Shown piece by piece: positions 50,690 through 63,887 of a stretch of DNA of 64,000 bases. The notes beneath the pieces are model-generated. The model searched no databases. It saw only the letters and a program-made list of their open reading frames with translations, and was not told the origin of the DNA. This DNA comes from Octopus sinensis. Its lineage: Eukaryota. Within the stretch, counting starts at the first letter, position 1. Every line of letters starts with the position of its first letter. Position numbers and translations under genes: made by a program. The DNA is taken from contig NC_043005.1 in assembly GCF_006345805.1 (NCBI RefSeq), forward strand, positions 60,884,001-60,948,000, given 5' to 3'.

Positions 50690-51185
50690 ATATATATATC
50701 AGCCGAAATTGCGAGGATCATCCAGTTCTTGACTGAGGATTGAAAGCTTCGAATGACCCGTCGTTGTTTTTTGTATCGTCTATCTGGATGTTTTGTAGTC
50801 CCTTTTTGTATCACCTAGTTGTCCGGATGTTTTGCGTTCTTGTCCCATTTTGTATTATATATATATATATATATAATATATATATATATACAAAATGCCA
50901 AAAAGGGTGGGATATATAATTTAATTTAATAACATTAATAAATTTCACCTAGTAGATTTATCGGTATGGAAAAGACCATATTTGGTAAGGGTTATAATAA
51001 TTATAATTAGGGGTTATTTGCAACAAGTTGCTCAAAACCACATACCGAAAATATTAGAAATAGCAGTCAAATTGATCTCTATTTCCTCTACTAATAAAAA
51101 GTCTCCACAAAGAAACAGAATTTGTGACCTGTATGTGGCAAAAAAGGAAGGAAATAACGAAATCCCAGCCTATGGATTAATTATA
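50690..51185. mobile_element. Possible Penelope-like element remnant
   Basis: Plus-strand NRICDLYVAKK resembles the PLE GIY-YIG C-terminal R.C.LC..EK motif. A hammerhead-like fold lies on the minus strand at 50941-50982. Weak. Confidence 0.3.
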
Positions 51186-51187
51186 TA

Positions 51188-51600
51188 TTCTCTTTCTTTT
51201 ACTCTCTTTTACTTGTTTCAGTCATTTGACTGCGGCCATGCTGGAGCACCGCCTTTAGTCGGGAAAATCGACCCCGGGACTTATTCTTTGTAAGCCCAGT
51301 ACTTATTCTATCGGTCTCTTTTTGCCGAACCGCTAAGTGACGGGGACGTAAACACTCCAGCATCGTTTGTCAAGCAATGCTAGGGGGACAAACACAAACA
51401 CACAAACACAAACATACATATATATATATATATATACATATATACGACAGGCTTCTTTCAGTTTCCGTCTACCAAATCCACTCACAAGGCATTGGTCGGG
51501 CCGGGGCTATAGCAGAAGACACTTGCCCAAGGTGCCACGCAGTGGGACTGAACCCGGAACCATGTGGCTGGTTAGCAAGCTACTTACCACACACCACTCC
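51188..51600 (-). mobile_element. SINE family B, full-length, little diverged
   Basis: Complete reverse complement of the 52262-52675 copy. Confidence 0.93.
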
Positions 51601-51630
51601 CGCGCCTTTGATATATATATAACAAAGCAT

Positions 51631-51676
<46 letters not shown>

Positions 51677-52118
51677 ACATAAATAAAAGCTAAAAGACTG
51701 TATTTTCAAAATCTTTATTCACTGCGTTATCTTATATTTAAAATAAATAACACTGAATAATGATTTTCAATATCGTTCAGAAATGACCGCTATGGTACTT
51801 GTAACAGTTAAGAAACGTTGGTACTTCTAGTGTTAAGGAGAAAAATAAAAGACAGCTGATACGTTCGAAAATATAATTTTTCATTTTTTCATATTTATAA
51901 AGGAGAGATGAAATAAACAGATGTTAAATATTGCTTACTTTGCTATTAAATGTCATTATACCTGTTATTTATATGAATAAAAATACTACTAGGTCATGTG
52001 GTCACAAGATTGTATTTACCCTATATACGTTATTGTGTCGAGAGAGAGAGAGAATATTTGTTTGAACACGTCTTTGCGTATTCTACACTCAGGTGAAAAT
52101 TGAAATATATATATTTGT

Positions 52119-52180
<62 letters not shown>

Positions 52181-52261
52181 ATAATATACTTCATTTGGAA
52201 AAAAGCACATCCATATTTTTTAGGTATATATATACATATATATATACATATATATATATAT

Positions 52262-52675
52262 AGGAGTGGCTGTGTGGTAAGTAGCTTGCTAACCAGCCAC
52301 ATGGTTCCGGGTTCAGTCCCAGTGCGTGGCATCTTGGGCAAGTGTCTTCTGCTGTAGCCCCGGGCCGACCAATGCCTTGTGAGTGGATTTGGTAGACGGA
52401 AACTGAAAGAAGCCTGTCATATATATGTTTATATATATAAGTGTGTGTGTATATGTTTGTGTGTCTGTGTTTGTCCCCCTAGAATTGCTTGACAACCGAT
52501 GCTGGTGTTTTTACGTCCCCGTAACTTAGCGGTTTGGCAAAAGAGACCGATAGAATAAGTACTGGGCTTACAAAGAATAAGTCCCGGGGTCGATTTGCTC
52601 GACTAAAGGCGGTGCTCCAGCATGGCCGCAGTCAAATGACTGAAACAAGCAATAGAGTAAAAGAGTAAAGAGTAA
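52262..52675 (+). mobile_element. SINE family B, full-length, little diverged
   Basis: aggagtggctgtgtggtaagtagcttgct..ggttcagtccc (A/B boxes)..internal (TA/TG)n..ctgaaacaag, then an (agagtaa)-type tail. Inserted in (TA)n. Confidence 0.93.
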
Positions 52676-52714
52676 TATATATATATATATATACATTGAA
52701 AGAGGGAGGAGGAG

Positions 52715-52738
52715 AATGATAGATAGATAGATAGATAT

Positions 52739-52828
<90 letters not shown>

Positions 52829-52830
52829 TT
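52715..52830. repeat. (GATA)n array
   Basis: Direct inspection. Confidence 0.95.
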
Positions 52831-55429
52831 GCCAAATATCTAATTCTTCTTTAGTAAATTTGTTAATGATGTTCTGTTCTATTGTATTCTATGTCTTAAC
52901 TTTTCCGCACGTCACCACTTAAAATGTTTTGTCCCCAGACTGATTACCTCACTAAATCTTTCAGAGGCATACACAATCCTTAAATTGACATTTTGTCGTC
53001 TCCTCTTTAGAATTATAAGCCTGAAATGTTTCATTTGGAATATAAATATGGGAAGCCTCACCAAACTTAGGATGTCTACAAAGATTATGGGAAGTAATAA
53101 AATTACCAATCTCCATTTAGATATATTTCTAATGAAGCTGTAATTTGAGTGTAGGTAGTAAATGACATAAAGGCACTCCCATCTGCCTATCGCAGGCCAT
53201 TTTGTCACAAGGGTATTTCGTCACCATTCAAACCGTCACCATTTCCTGCGTCAGAATGCTGCCAGGTTATTAACTGGTGTTTAAACAAAGCATTGATAAA
53301 TGTTTTTCATTATAAAACTTAAACAGAGGTACTGGTCTCCCGCGACGTTGGTTGTTTCTCACTACTATACAGATGACGATGACATCCTAGTGCAGAAAAC
53401 ATGCAGTAATTATGTAAGAATCAAAGACGAAAATATGTTTGTTTTGATAACTATACTTTTACTCATACTGTTATTTCATGAGAATATCAGGTTGGTTATA
53501 ATATATACTTTGAACAGATACATGGGCATCTTCCGTAATTATAGTACACTCCAACAAATAGATTTTGGTATGTAACATGTATATTTTCCTGCCAACTGCC
53601 AGACTTGCACTAGCAAATGCAAATTCCTGGTGAATAGTAAATAATATAAGGAATTTTATGGTCGATGTTATCTTTTTCTTAACTCATTTTCCTACTAGTT
53701 ATCTCCAAACGTTAAGGCCGCTTAGGTTAAATATTTACATGAAAATAAGTATAGGTCTGTAATATTTTTTCGTACTGGATTTTATTTTACAGCGTAGATT
53801 TCTAATGTTTTGTAAGGGTACTAATCCGCTACTAGATCTCGCTAAATGGTATTATGTCCTTGCCGCACACATTGTTGTAAGGATAAATATGAACTAATTT
53901 CCACCCTGTGCCTATAGAATCGCTGCCGTAGATAAAACAGAAATATTCTTGAACTGGCAGTGACGGGAGTTCCCTATATCGACTTACTGGAGTCTTACCG
54001 ATACATATTTATTATTGAGATTTTGATTTGGATCATTGAGAAAAAATGAAATTTAAACGTTCCATTAGGAATAGATTAAGATTTATATTATCTGTCACGA
54101 AATCACTTATGAATCTGTTAACTAATATGATTTGACCCTTCGATTTAGCAAGAAACGCCTGGCTTGTGGTTTAGCAAATTGGGCGTAATTATTTACAGAA
54201 TTTTAACTGAGCTGAGAACACATATTGTTTTAAAAAGTTTTTTTACTGTTAATAAACATTCAAGAACTTCCATATTCAATGAAGACCACTCAGTTTAGCA
54301 ATGTTTATCATGCCTGAAATATACTGACATAGTTACTGTACTGGTAAATGTTGAGGCTGTAAAAACGTGCCTTTCATATACTGCAGGAATCGAAATTATT
54401 CAGTCACGAACAAAATATTCATGAATGACTATTTGCATAGTGCTTTAAATAAATTTTGAAAACTGAATAAATTGCAAATTGAAAAAAAATTGAATTAATA
54501 TTTGAATAAAACTAAAGCATTCCGAAAATAAAATCGTGAAAAGTAATGGAAATATAATTTATGAACAGGAAAAGAATCAAAAAGAAAATTATAATGAAAG
54601 TAAAGAAACTTCAGCTGGAGAATCTAAAGCTATGATTAATAGAACAAAAGAGAAGGAACAGAAAGCCACGCTGCAAATTCAGAAAGCTATAGTGTTTGCA
54701 AATTGTATGATGTCCATTTGGTTTTGTATGGTTGTTCTAAAGTAACAGTGGTGGTTGCCTTATAGTAACACAACCGGCTGTTTATATCATACGTCTTCTT
54801 TTAGTCATTATAAGCTGTATTCTTCAAGTGTAACTGGCAGTGAACTGCTTGAGCGTTGAATGGTTTGAACAATAGATCTCTGAAAGAAATAGATCACACA
54901 CAGGATTACGAAGTATTTCACCTGATTGTTGTCATTCCTTCATAACGATCGAATTGCTGAAGTACAGATAAGTCTGAGCTCAAATCTTGTTAAACAACAG
55001 ATAGAAGTTTGAAAGTTGGAAACACGATAATTCCTAAATTAACTAACATTTGTAGATGAGAAAAAGATCAATCATTGTTGGGAGATTAGTGCGTTCATGT
55101 AGGTAGCTGTATGATAAGAGATTAAAAGAAGTTGAAAGAGACGGAATCAAATTTAGAATAGCATCAATGGTTTCAATTCCAGACTAAAATTAGTCGAACA
55201 AATAATTGTTGGTAGCGAAAGTGTGAAAGCCAGCAGAACGAATAATAATTGGAGTAACAAGGAAAGCACACGCAAAAAAGCATTAAGAAAGTATTAAAAG
55301 CCATGTTCATAATTTAAACATTGTCCCTCTTCTTAGTTTCAAGCTTCTGTTCGTTTCAACGACTACGAGGGTTCCAGTTCATACGAACTACGAAACAGCT
55401 AGTTAGTAAGACCAACTTGCAAGTTGTTG

Positions 55430-55620
55430 AGTAAGCTACAAACGCGCGTACCCCTAACGTAGTTCTCTGGAAGATTCAGCGTGACACAGAATGTCGCAAT
55501 GCTGGCCCTTTCGAAATACAGTCACCGCTCATTTTTGTCTTGCTCGAGGTCACGACGCGCCGCCGAACTCGCGACCATGCTATCGTGAGCCAAATAACGT
55601 AACCACTAAGCCACGCGCCT
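55430..55620 (-). mobile_element. tRNA-derived SINE family C
   Basis: Minus strand starts aggcgcgtggcttagtggttacg..gagttcggc (A/B-box-like), then body cttgctcgagg..gctgaatcttccagagaactacgttagggg. Confidence 0.75.
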
Positions 55621-55777
55621 TGATTTTATGCCTCAATAAAAGATAGCGCATGAAAACCCGAGATTCAGAATGGAGTTAGCACGAGACATGTATAGAAACA
55701 CACACACCACACACAACCATATATATGTTTATGTGTGTGTATGTGTGTGCGTTTGAGTGTGTGTGTGTATACATACA

Positions 55778-55810
<33 letters not shown>

Positions 55811-55832
55811 TATATATATATAATATATATAC

Positions 55833-55863
<31 letters not shown>

Positions 55864-55871
55864 ATATATAT

Positions 55872-55902
<31 letters not shown>

Positions 55903-55913
55903 TATATATATAT

Positions 55914-55946
<33 letters not shown>

Positions 55947-56189
55947 ATATGTACATATATATACATTGTGCGATTATTTTGCTGCACGTGCCGAGGCACG
56001 TGCGGATTTTTATCTTGAAGTACGAGCGAGTTTAATACAAGCGACCGTTAGATGGCGCTGAACTCACACTCTCTGCTCGCTCAGTTCACGAGTAACAGCA
56101 TCCATATTGTGTTTTTTCCAGTGTTTTTGTTCAGCCTTGTGCATTTCTGCTATCATTTTATAATAATTATTAGTGTTAGCCATAAATCT

Positions 56190-57235
56190 TAATAATGTTT
56201 GTGCAAAGGAAAATGCTGTGAGGAAGAAAAAGCTGATTACGATAGAATTGAAGAAGGAAATCATTGATAAACATGAGAGAGGAGCGTGTGTAGAAACATA
56301 GGACTTCAATACGAACGAAGCAGGTCGACGATCTGCACCACTCTGAAGAAAAAGGACGAGATCAAGACCGGTAAAGTTTGTCTCCAGCATCTAAACGCAA
56401 AGCACACTGTGCACGAAGAGAGGGAAAAATTCCTTCGTCTGTGGAGCAACTCGCAGGGGATACGATTACAGAAAGTATCATCTGCAAGAAAGCACGACCG
56501 CTGTATGGGGATCTGAAGGAGAACCCTGGAATATCGACAGAGGAGATATTAGCAGATGCATTTAGGGACAGTTGTGGCTAGTTTGATAATTTCAAGAATA
56601 GGAAAGATGCTTATAGCACCGTCAGGTACGGAGAAGCAGCGAGTTCTGACATGAAAGCAGCTGAGGTTTTCGTGCGTGAATACCGTCAGCTCATCGCAGC
56701 CGAGAGGTACATTTCACAACAGGTATTCAACTGTGAGGAAACTGGCCTTTTGTGGGGAGCAAATGCCCAGAGGAACTTGCGTAACTGCAGAGGAGAATAA
56801 AATGCCCGGCCACAAGCCTATGAAAGATAATTAAATCTCGTTCTTTGCGCCAATGCGAGTGGAGACTTGAAGATTAAGCGGCTCTTTTTGAAGTCGCACA
56901 AAATCTTGAAGGAAAAGCTACATGTCATATCGTGGGCAAACGTTAAAGCCTTGCCACCAGGCAATTCTTCAAGTGAGTCAAACTTGCCCTCGAACCAGCA
57001 GTGAAAAAGAATCTTCTGGAGAACGATCTTCCTCTCAAGGCCCTCCTCATCTTCGACTATGTCCCATCTCGATCTCCTAGCCCCGAAGATGATATCCTGG
57101 ATGAATTTAAATTTATAAAAGTTATGTACTTTTCACGCAACACCACCCCTATTTTGCAGCCCAAGGATCAACATGTGGTTCATAATTTTAAGAAAGCACC
57201 TGTTTTGTCAGTGCTTTGAAGTCACCGAAAATACA
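56190..57235 (+). mobile_element. Tigger/pogo-family transposase pseudogene (HTH_psq + CENP-B HTH + DDE_1)
   Basis: RKKKLITIELKKEIIDKHERG..STICTTLKKKDEIK..TITESIICKKAR.LYGDL..VRYGEAASSD..QVFNCEETGL..MPGHKPMKD..LVLCANASGD.K..KALLIFD..PS..NTTPILQPKDQ.V..NFKK, with stops and frameshifts. Confidence 0.9.
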
Positions 57236-57294
57236 AATCCTTCTTCAATTCTATCGTAATCAGCTTTTTCTTCTTCTCAGCATTGACCTTTGAA

Positions 57295-57440
57295 CAAGCA
57301 AAAGACGAAGACAGGTGTATAAACAACAGAAAGGTGTATTAGTAACGCTCGGGAAGGCGAGAAGGTCTTTTATGTTTCGAGCCTACGCTCTTCAACACAA
57401 AGTTACACGAGGTAATAAACGATGAGTGAATAAAAAATAC
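57295..57440 (-). repeat. Repeat family E (Penelope-like terminus?) carrying a hammerhead-like core
   Basis: Minus strand gtgttgaa-GAGC-gtag-GCTC-gaaac..aaaagacc; homologous to 60094-60240 (+). PLE origin is an inference. Confidence 0.55.
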
Positions 57441-57832
57441 CATAGGAGCTAGAGGTCAATCATACATACATTCATACATACATGCATACATACATGCATA
57501 AATACATATATGCATCATACATAGATACATACATGCATACATACATATATACATATACACACATTGACATTTAGCTAGATACTGTGGATAGTTAGATATT
57601 ACCGGGTTAGATAATCCGTGAATCTAATCACCTTTGCTAATGTTGACTTCTTCAGAATCAGTTAGCTTATAGATATACATGGGAACCCCTTGTGGATAAG
57701 AGAATGTGCTTCGTATTTCAGATGCTTAATGCTAACTAAAAGATAGGCTTTAGTTACACAGAATGGATTAGCACTTAGAAGTATATATACCCTATGTCTA
57801 AATGTAAGTATATATATATATGTATGTGTGTA

Positions 57833-57868
<36 letters not shown>

Positions 57869-58153
57869 TATATAAGTATATATATATAATATTCATATAT
57901 ATATATACATGTATGTATATGTATGTATATATATGTATATGTATGTAGGTATGTATATATATATATACATATATATATGTATGTATATGAAATGTGTGTT
58001 TATGTATTATATATTCATATATATATATATATATATCTCCTCTCACGCGTAGAGATACATACACACATAGCACATTGAAACTCAAAAATACATGCATACC
58101 CACATATATATGTACATACATGCATACATGGATACATGCATACATTGAGAAAC

Positions 58154-58191
<38 letters not shown>

Positions 58192-59127
58192 CACGCATAT
58201 GCGTGTATGTGTGCATGTGTACATGTATAAATATATGTGTATGTGTGTGTGCATGTTTATGTGTGTCTGACTGTGAGGACCTGACGGCAAGAGGGAAAAA
58301 TGTTGAGCGATCCAGGGAGACACGGAAAGAGCGGTAAGTGGAATGGAGTTGCAGAAAGAGAAAGCTTAAGAAATATGTCTTTTCTTCGTATAATTTGTTC
58401 CATTTTCTTTCCCTTAGTGCCTTAACAGTTATTGATATTTGAAGCTGAAAGCAGAAGAGAAGAAATAAAAAGAATGCATTTATTTGTAAAATTGACATGA
58501 CTGACTAAGGATTTTCTAAAACGCTACAGGATCAAAGGAAAACGTTTATATTCTATATTTCCTTATATTTCTCTATGTTCTTAGTTATAATCCGACCGAT
58601 ATCTTCTTTGCCTTTGATTCATCGCCTTTCGATAAAATAGTGACAAGTCATGTAATGTGAGGATTCAAACGGTTTATAAACATTTGCAATAAATTTTAGA
58701 TCTTGCGACAATATATGGAAATTATAAATTGGATACTGCACGTGCTATAACTATATAGCGCTTTAACGTTAATGATTGATATCGAATATGTTATAGAAAG
58801 CAACGTTTATAAGATTGAAACAACAATAGGAATTAAGCTACCAAATGGCCAACAAGTTTTTCGGTCCAGTGTAATGCATTTCCCATGGCCTAGTATTTCT
58901 GACTGAAGAAGGCGAACGTTTCCTTTCTGCTAATAGTGTCGTTTTGGTCCCATCGTAAATCGGAATCTTTTCCTGCATGGTGTATAACAACAAGGTAGTT
59001 ATAAACTAGATAAACTTTTAAAATAGCGTGAATATTATAATCGTATAGTAAAGACATGACTGTGTGACTGATGGTTACTTACGTATCTCTTGAACGCTAA
59101 ATGTCGGGAGGCGTACATGTAATGTAA

Positions 59128-59522
59128 TCTCTCTCTATATATAAAACTGAAGTTGTCTGTGTATAGCAGGTTTGGTAGCCTTCAACTAACACTATCTCCT
59201 CCGAGACCCTACGATGCAAGTTGACCAAAATTGAGAGTATGATAGAAGAAGGCTTGTTCTTCATTCCGTAGCAGATAAAATTCAAATCGGACCATGTTAA
59301 CACCAAAAATTATTTACATCAAAAATGTGCTATTTTTCTATGAAAATCCCTATATTTTACGATTTTTTTTACTGCTGTGTCGCCATTTTTCGGTATATTT
59401 CAACCAGAAAAGTGTTCACTTAAAGAGAATAACAAGCTACATACTGCAAAATTTTTACTTTTCAAAAATTCCAATTCTAAAGGGTCGAAACAAATCCGAG
59501 TAAAGCCGGGCGATACTGCTAG
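59128..59522 (+). mobile_element. Non-autonomous Helitron (395 bp)
   Basis: A|TCTCTCTCTATATATAAAA...TCCGAGTAAAGCCGGGCGATACTGCTAG|T. Shares its termini with 22694-23079. Confidence 0.85.
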
Positions 59523-59834
59523 TTTACATATACATACGTGTGTGACTGTGTGTGTGTATGTGTGCGTATGCGTGTTTGTGCGTACGCCGTTCCGTTCGTT
59601 CGTCCTCTCGAACGTTCCATTTCTTCCTCGCCTGCGCCTATACGCCGTCGTCACTGCCGTGCGCCTGTACGCATTTGTTCAAGCAACCGGAACGACCTCG
59701 TCGCAAGTACCTTCCGCGGTCGATCGCACACACACACACACACGCATACACACACACACACGCACACAAATGGTAATTTACTAAGAGAATTTCGGTATCT
59801 GCTTGAATATTATATCCCACCTCTTATATATATA

Positions 59835-60060
59835 TATAACTCTTTACTTTTTCCTCTTTTAACTGTTTCAGTCATTTGACAGAGGCCATGCTGAAGCACC
59901 TCCTTTAGTCCACCAAATCGAGCCCAGGACTTATTCTTTCTAAGCCTAGTACATATTCTATCGGTCTCTTTTGTTGAACCGCTATGTTACGGGGACGTAA
60001 ACACACCAACATCGGTTCTCAAGCGATGGTGGGGCGACAAAGACAGACACACAAATGCAT
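59835..60060 (-). mobile_element. SINE family B, 3' half
   Basis: tgtttcagtcatttgac..ggccatgctg..ggacttattctttctaagcctagtac..ggggacgtaaacacaccaacatcgg. Confidence 0.88.
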
Positions 60061-60093
60061 ACATATATGGTAGATCCCTAGCTACTAAACCCT

Positions 60094-60233
60094 TTTTATC
60101 TTCTCTCCCTGTTTATTTCTGTGTTCCTTTCTGTCGAAGAGCGTAAAAGACTTTCTCACTTCCAGAGCGTTAAAGTAATAAATATGTTTGTTGCTTACAC
60201 ACCAGTCTTTGCCTTTTGTTTTCTTGTAAATTC

Positions 60234-60240
<7 letters not shown>
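60094..60240 (+). repeat. Repeat family E, second copy, with a deletion in the hairpin
   Basis: ttctgtcgaagagcgta--aaagactttctcacttccagagcgtta lacks the ~13 bp ggctcgaaac.ta present in the 57295 copy. Confidence 0.6.
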
Positions 60241-60307
<67 letters not shown>

Positions 60308-61174
60308 CGAAGTGTTTCTTTCAGTTTCCGTCTACCAAATCCAGTCATATATATATACGTATGCAAGTATATATAAAAATACATTCATACACAAATATAC
60401 ACGCATACACACACATATATAATTAGATTCTTATTTTGTCGGCTGCTTAATTTTGTCTAACACTTTAGTTTAAACTATCTCACCACATTTGTATATTTAT
60501 GTCTATGCACTTTCCTCAGTAGTATCCGCCGGGGTGGGCCTGGCGTAAACTCACATAAACGAAAATCGCAATAGAGCAAAGGACATCATTTTCTGAGATA
60601 TTCTATCCCCTAATCTCCCAGTTAACGCTATTCGGCACACAAATATTTTATATTTTAACAGCTTTTCAAATTTAACTTCTCAAATTGCACATCGAACCGT
60701 AATATTTTCTGTTTTTCTGGGCGAGCTATAAATAAGTTAGCATCATAAAGCAAATCAATTTGGAATCAATACCATATCGAACTCTCTCCATCCTTCTCTC
60801 TCTCACTCACACGCTCTCCATCCACCAGCTCTATCTATATATAAATATATGAGTGTGTGCGTGCATATGTTGATAGTAACGCCTTCTCCTAAAGCAGATT
60901 CACTCAACTGAATTTTCTAACCGATTGAATGAAAGGCCTTTATTATGATCTGTTTAATATTACTAGCGTTAAGGACTGTGATCAAAGAATAAAAATAGAA
61001 CAACCCTTAAAGTGATGAAAAAAGAAAACAGTTTCGATTCAAAGTGGAATCATTCATTCCGATGCACATATATTCAACATATGAATACGAGACACTTATA
61101 TATGAAATCTTTCCATTTATCTCTCCTTCTCCCTTACTCATTCTCTTCTTCGATATACATACACACACACACAC

Positions 61175-61261
<87 letters not shown>

Positions 61262-63887
61262 GCATGTATGTATAAATGTGTGTGAATATATATATGTGCA
61301 TATCTATTTGTATATATATATATATATATTATATTATATATATATATATATATATACTGATACACGCACATATACATATGTGCGTGTGTATATATATATT
61401 GTAACCAATATTTGTTTTTTCTGTTTCCCATTAAGACTTGAGTTGCTAAACTTTTGGAACGTGACATTATATCAAATCCCACTCCCTTATAACTATCTTT
61501 CAATTGTAACTAACTCGTTGTAGGATCTTTATTCCTATCCCTCTGTTGCATCTTTGGCAAAGTCTAACGCTATCAGTTGTGAAGTTTCGTCCTTGTTTTG
61601 AAGTTTCTCCTCTAGATGTTCCTTTGAATGGGCTTCGGGCTACGCAAATCGTAGTTAAGGTTAAGGATGATTGTCCTAACTTCGGACACAGTAGTGTGAT
61701 ATTTGTTGATACAAGCCTCATCTAGTCAGCCGAGCAGCTGTTTAATGCGTGTGTACTTAACTATTAGTTTCTATAGAAGAATGAGGCAATACTATAAGTC
61801 GATTCGTGTTAAAAATTTTTATTGAGACCTAACTCGTGTCTGTATCGAATTCTGGAAAATATGGCACTGTGAATAATGCCTATGGCAATTCTTTCTTATT
61901 TCTTTTGATTGTTTATATGTTTGGGCTTTCAAAATACTTTATGAATATCAAAATTTAATCTCTCACAAATATAAAATTGTATTTTGGCTTTAAATTAAAA
62001 TTCATTGAAAGAGAAGCCTTTTAAATGAAAATTAGCGATTTCTCGCTTAAGACTAAAAGAAGTGATTCACCGTAATATTACTTGTACTTACTGTGGCGAC
62101 CAACAAGGGTGGGTGATTGATAGAATCGTATCTCATCGATGTTATCTTAACCCTACATCCTTTTAGTTTTCGACTAAATTAAATACAAATCAGTAGTGAG
62201 GTCGATTTTTCTTTCATATAACACATTCTATATCTGAGTGGAAATATAATATAAGACTGAGTCTAAGTAGTTTGGATCTAGTTGAAGCCACACATCATAT
62301 GATATGACAAGGTAGAATTCATTTTCAGCGATATGCCATTTCTGTTTATATATCTTTTGCAACGGCTTATTAAAAGAAGGTCAGCAGACATGGTACTTTG
62401 CACGCCCTCCGAGAATGGTCGGTGGAAGAGAGATGGAGAATGAGGAAGAGAGAGAGAGAGGGAGAGGGAAGGAGGGAGAAAGAGTCTTATGACCGGCGTC
62501 AAGGTCTCATACACGCAGGGATTCCATTCTGCTAAGTGTATACTCATATGTCAGGTGGTACTGTTAAATCGGGCAAATCCTTAAGTCTTCTACATGGACA
62601 GATGAATAGATTTTCTGACGAATTACCAACGTTTCTATCTATTAGTTTTTACTCACAATGCTTTGTCAACCGAAAAGTTTAATAAACGTCGATTGTCTAA
62701 GGTGGGACTTAATAAGAAACATTGTATTTGCGAATTCAAAATACACTGAGCAATTTACTTGCGAAGCGAATTTCTTAAACATCAGTTGCACAGCCACCCA
62801 TAATAATTTCTACAATGTAACATGATTAAAATAGGCGTTATCTATCATATAACGTCATACTATGATTTCTCTTAGATAACGTTCAGAGAATGTAAAAATA
62901 AGTTGACATTAAGCTGAACATGAGTGCTTCTATCTAGTATTGCATCTATATTCATATCTTACTGGCTTATTGGTCTCAGTGGTAATACTGTAAATGACAG
63001 CTCTAATTAATTGCATTTTGATATATTTATCAGAACGGATATCCAAGTTTAATTATCATATTTAAATTTAGATTGGAAGTATTCGGTATTATATTAAGAA
63101 ATCTTCTGTTTTTCTTGCTAGAAACTATATTTTCTCGTTTAAAGTATCTTATCTAACTCAAAAAAACATCATAGTAGTATTTTCTTATTAGCCACAGTTT
63201 CTGAATGACACTTCATCAGAATCTTATTACTGTCGTTCAGATACAAATAAGACATGCCGGAAAATCTAATGGGCATAGGTATTTCGTCCATGACGTAATG
63301 TCTTCTGTTTTAGTTTAATTCAGATTACATTGTACAATATACCTTTCCCTTGGTTGTTTGTTCTAGACGCTCGAGTGTCGTTGGAGAGATTTTCTCGTGT
63401 CTTCGATGATGCTCCATTAGAGTACTGTGAGTACATTAAATACATCTTCGTGAATTTGTATATTAAGGTTGGCTTAAATTTTTATACCAGTAATGTATGT
63501 TCAGAGGAGACTCGTGAAATATTTACGCACAGATTTTATCTCTGGGAGCAGTTACTCTTCTTGAAATATCAATGATGATATCAGCAGTAGTATTTCTCAT
63601 GCACTTTCTCGGTTTAGTGCCCATAACACTTTGCATGCACCCCGTCCCCGAGATAGCTGTGAAGTAAGAAGATATCATCAAACCGAATAGTTGACCTGCA
63701 TGCTTGCCGCCGAAAAGATTTCTACAACAAATATCAAAGAATTTGCAGGTCACCACCTAATTAGGCCATGCTAAGATTTGAACTCTAAATCGCAATGAAA
63801 CGAACAAATACTGCAATGCAGCCCGTATGAGATTATAACTATTCTTCCTATCTGCTGATCCGTGCTATTATGTTATGTACCGACGTC

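Noticed and set aside
53920-54010. FN3-like reading IAAVDKTEIFLNWQ*..PISTYW
   Set aside because: In-frame stop, short, no donor; likely chance.
54500-55320. Hydrophobic or GPCR-like snippets (KEQKAT..WWLPY on plus; ..IIALD on minus)
   Set aside because: Motif spacing is wrong, there are multiple stops, and T-rich strands give hydrophobic translations by composition.
61500-61721. Frames open on both strands; cadherin-like VVKVKDDCPNF on plus
   Set aside because: Lacks the DxNDN calcium motif and other cadherin hallmarks; no good donor.
62345-62445. FCNG..G/ADMVLCTPSENGRW Sushi-like reading
   Set aside because: Requires a frameshift, has irregular spacing, and runs into a GA microsatellite without the P-x-C end.
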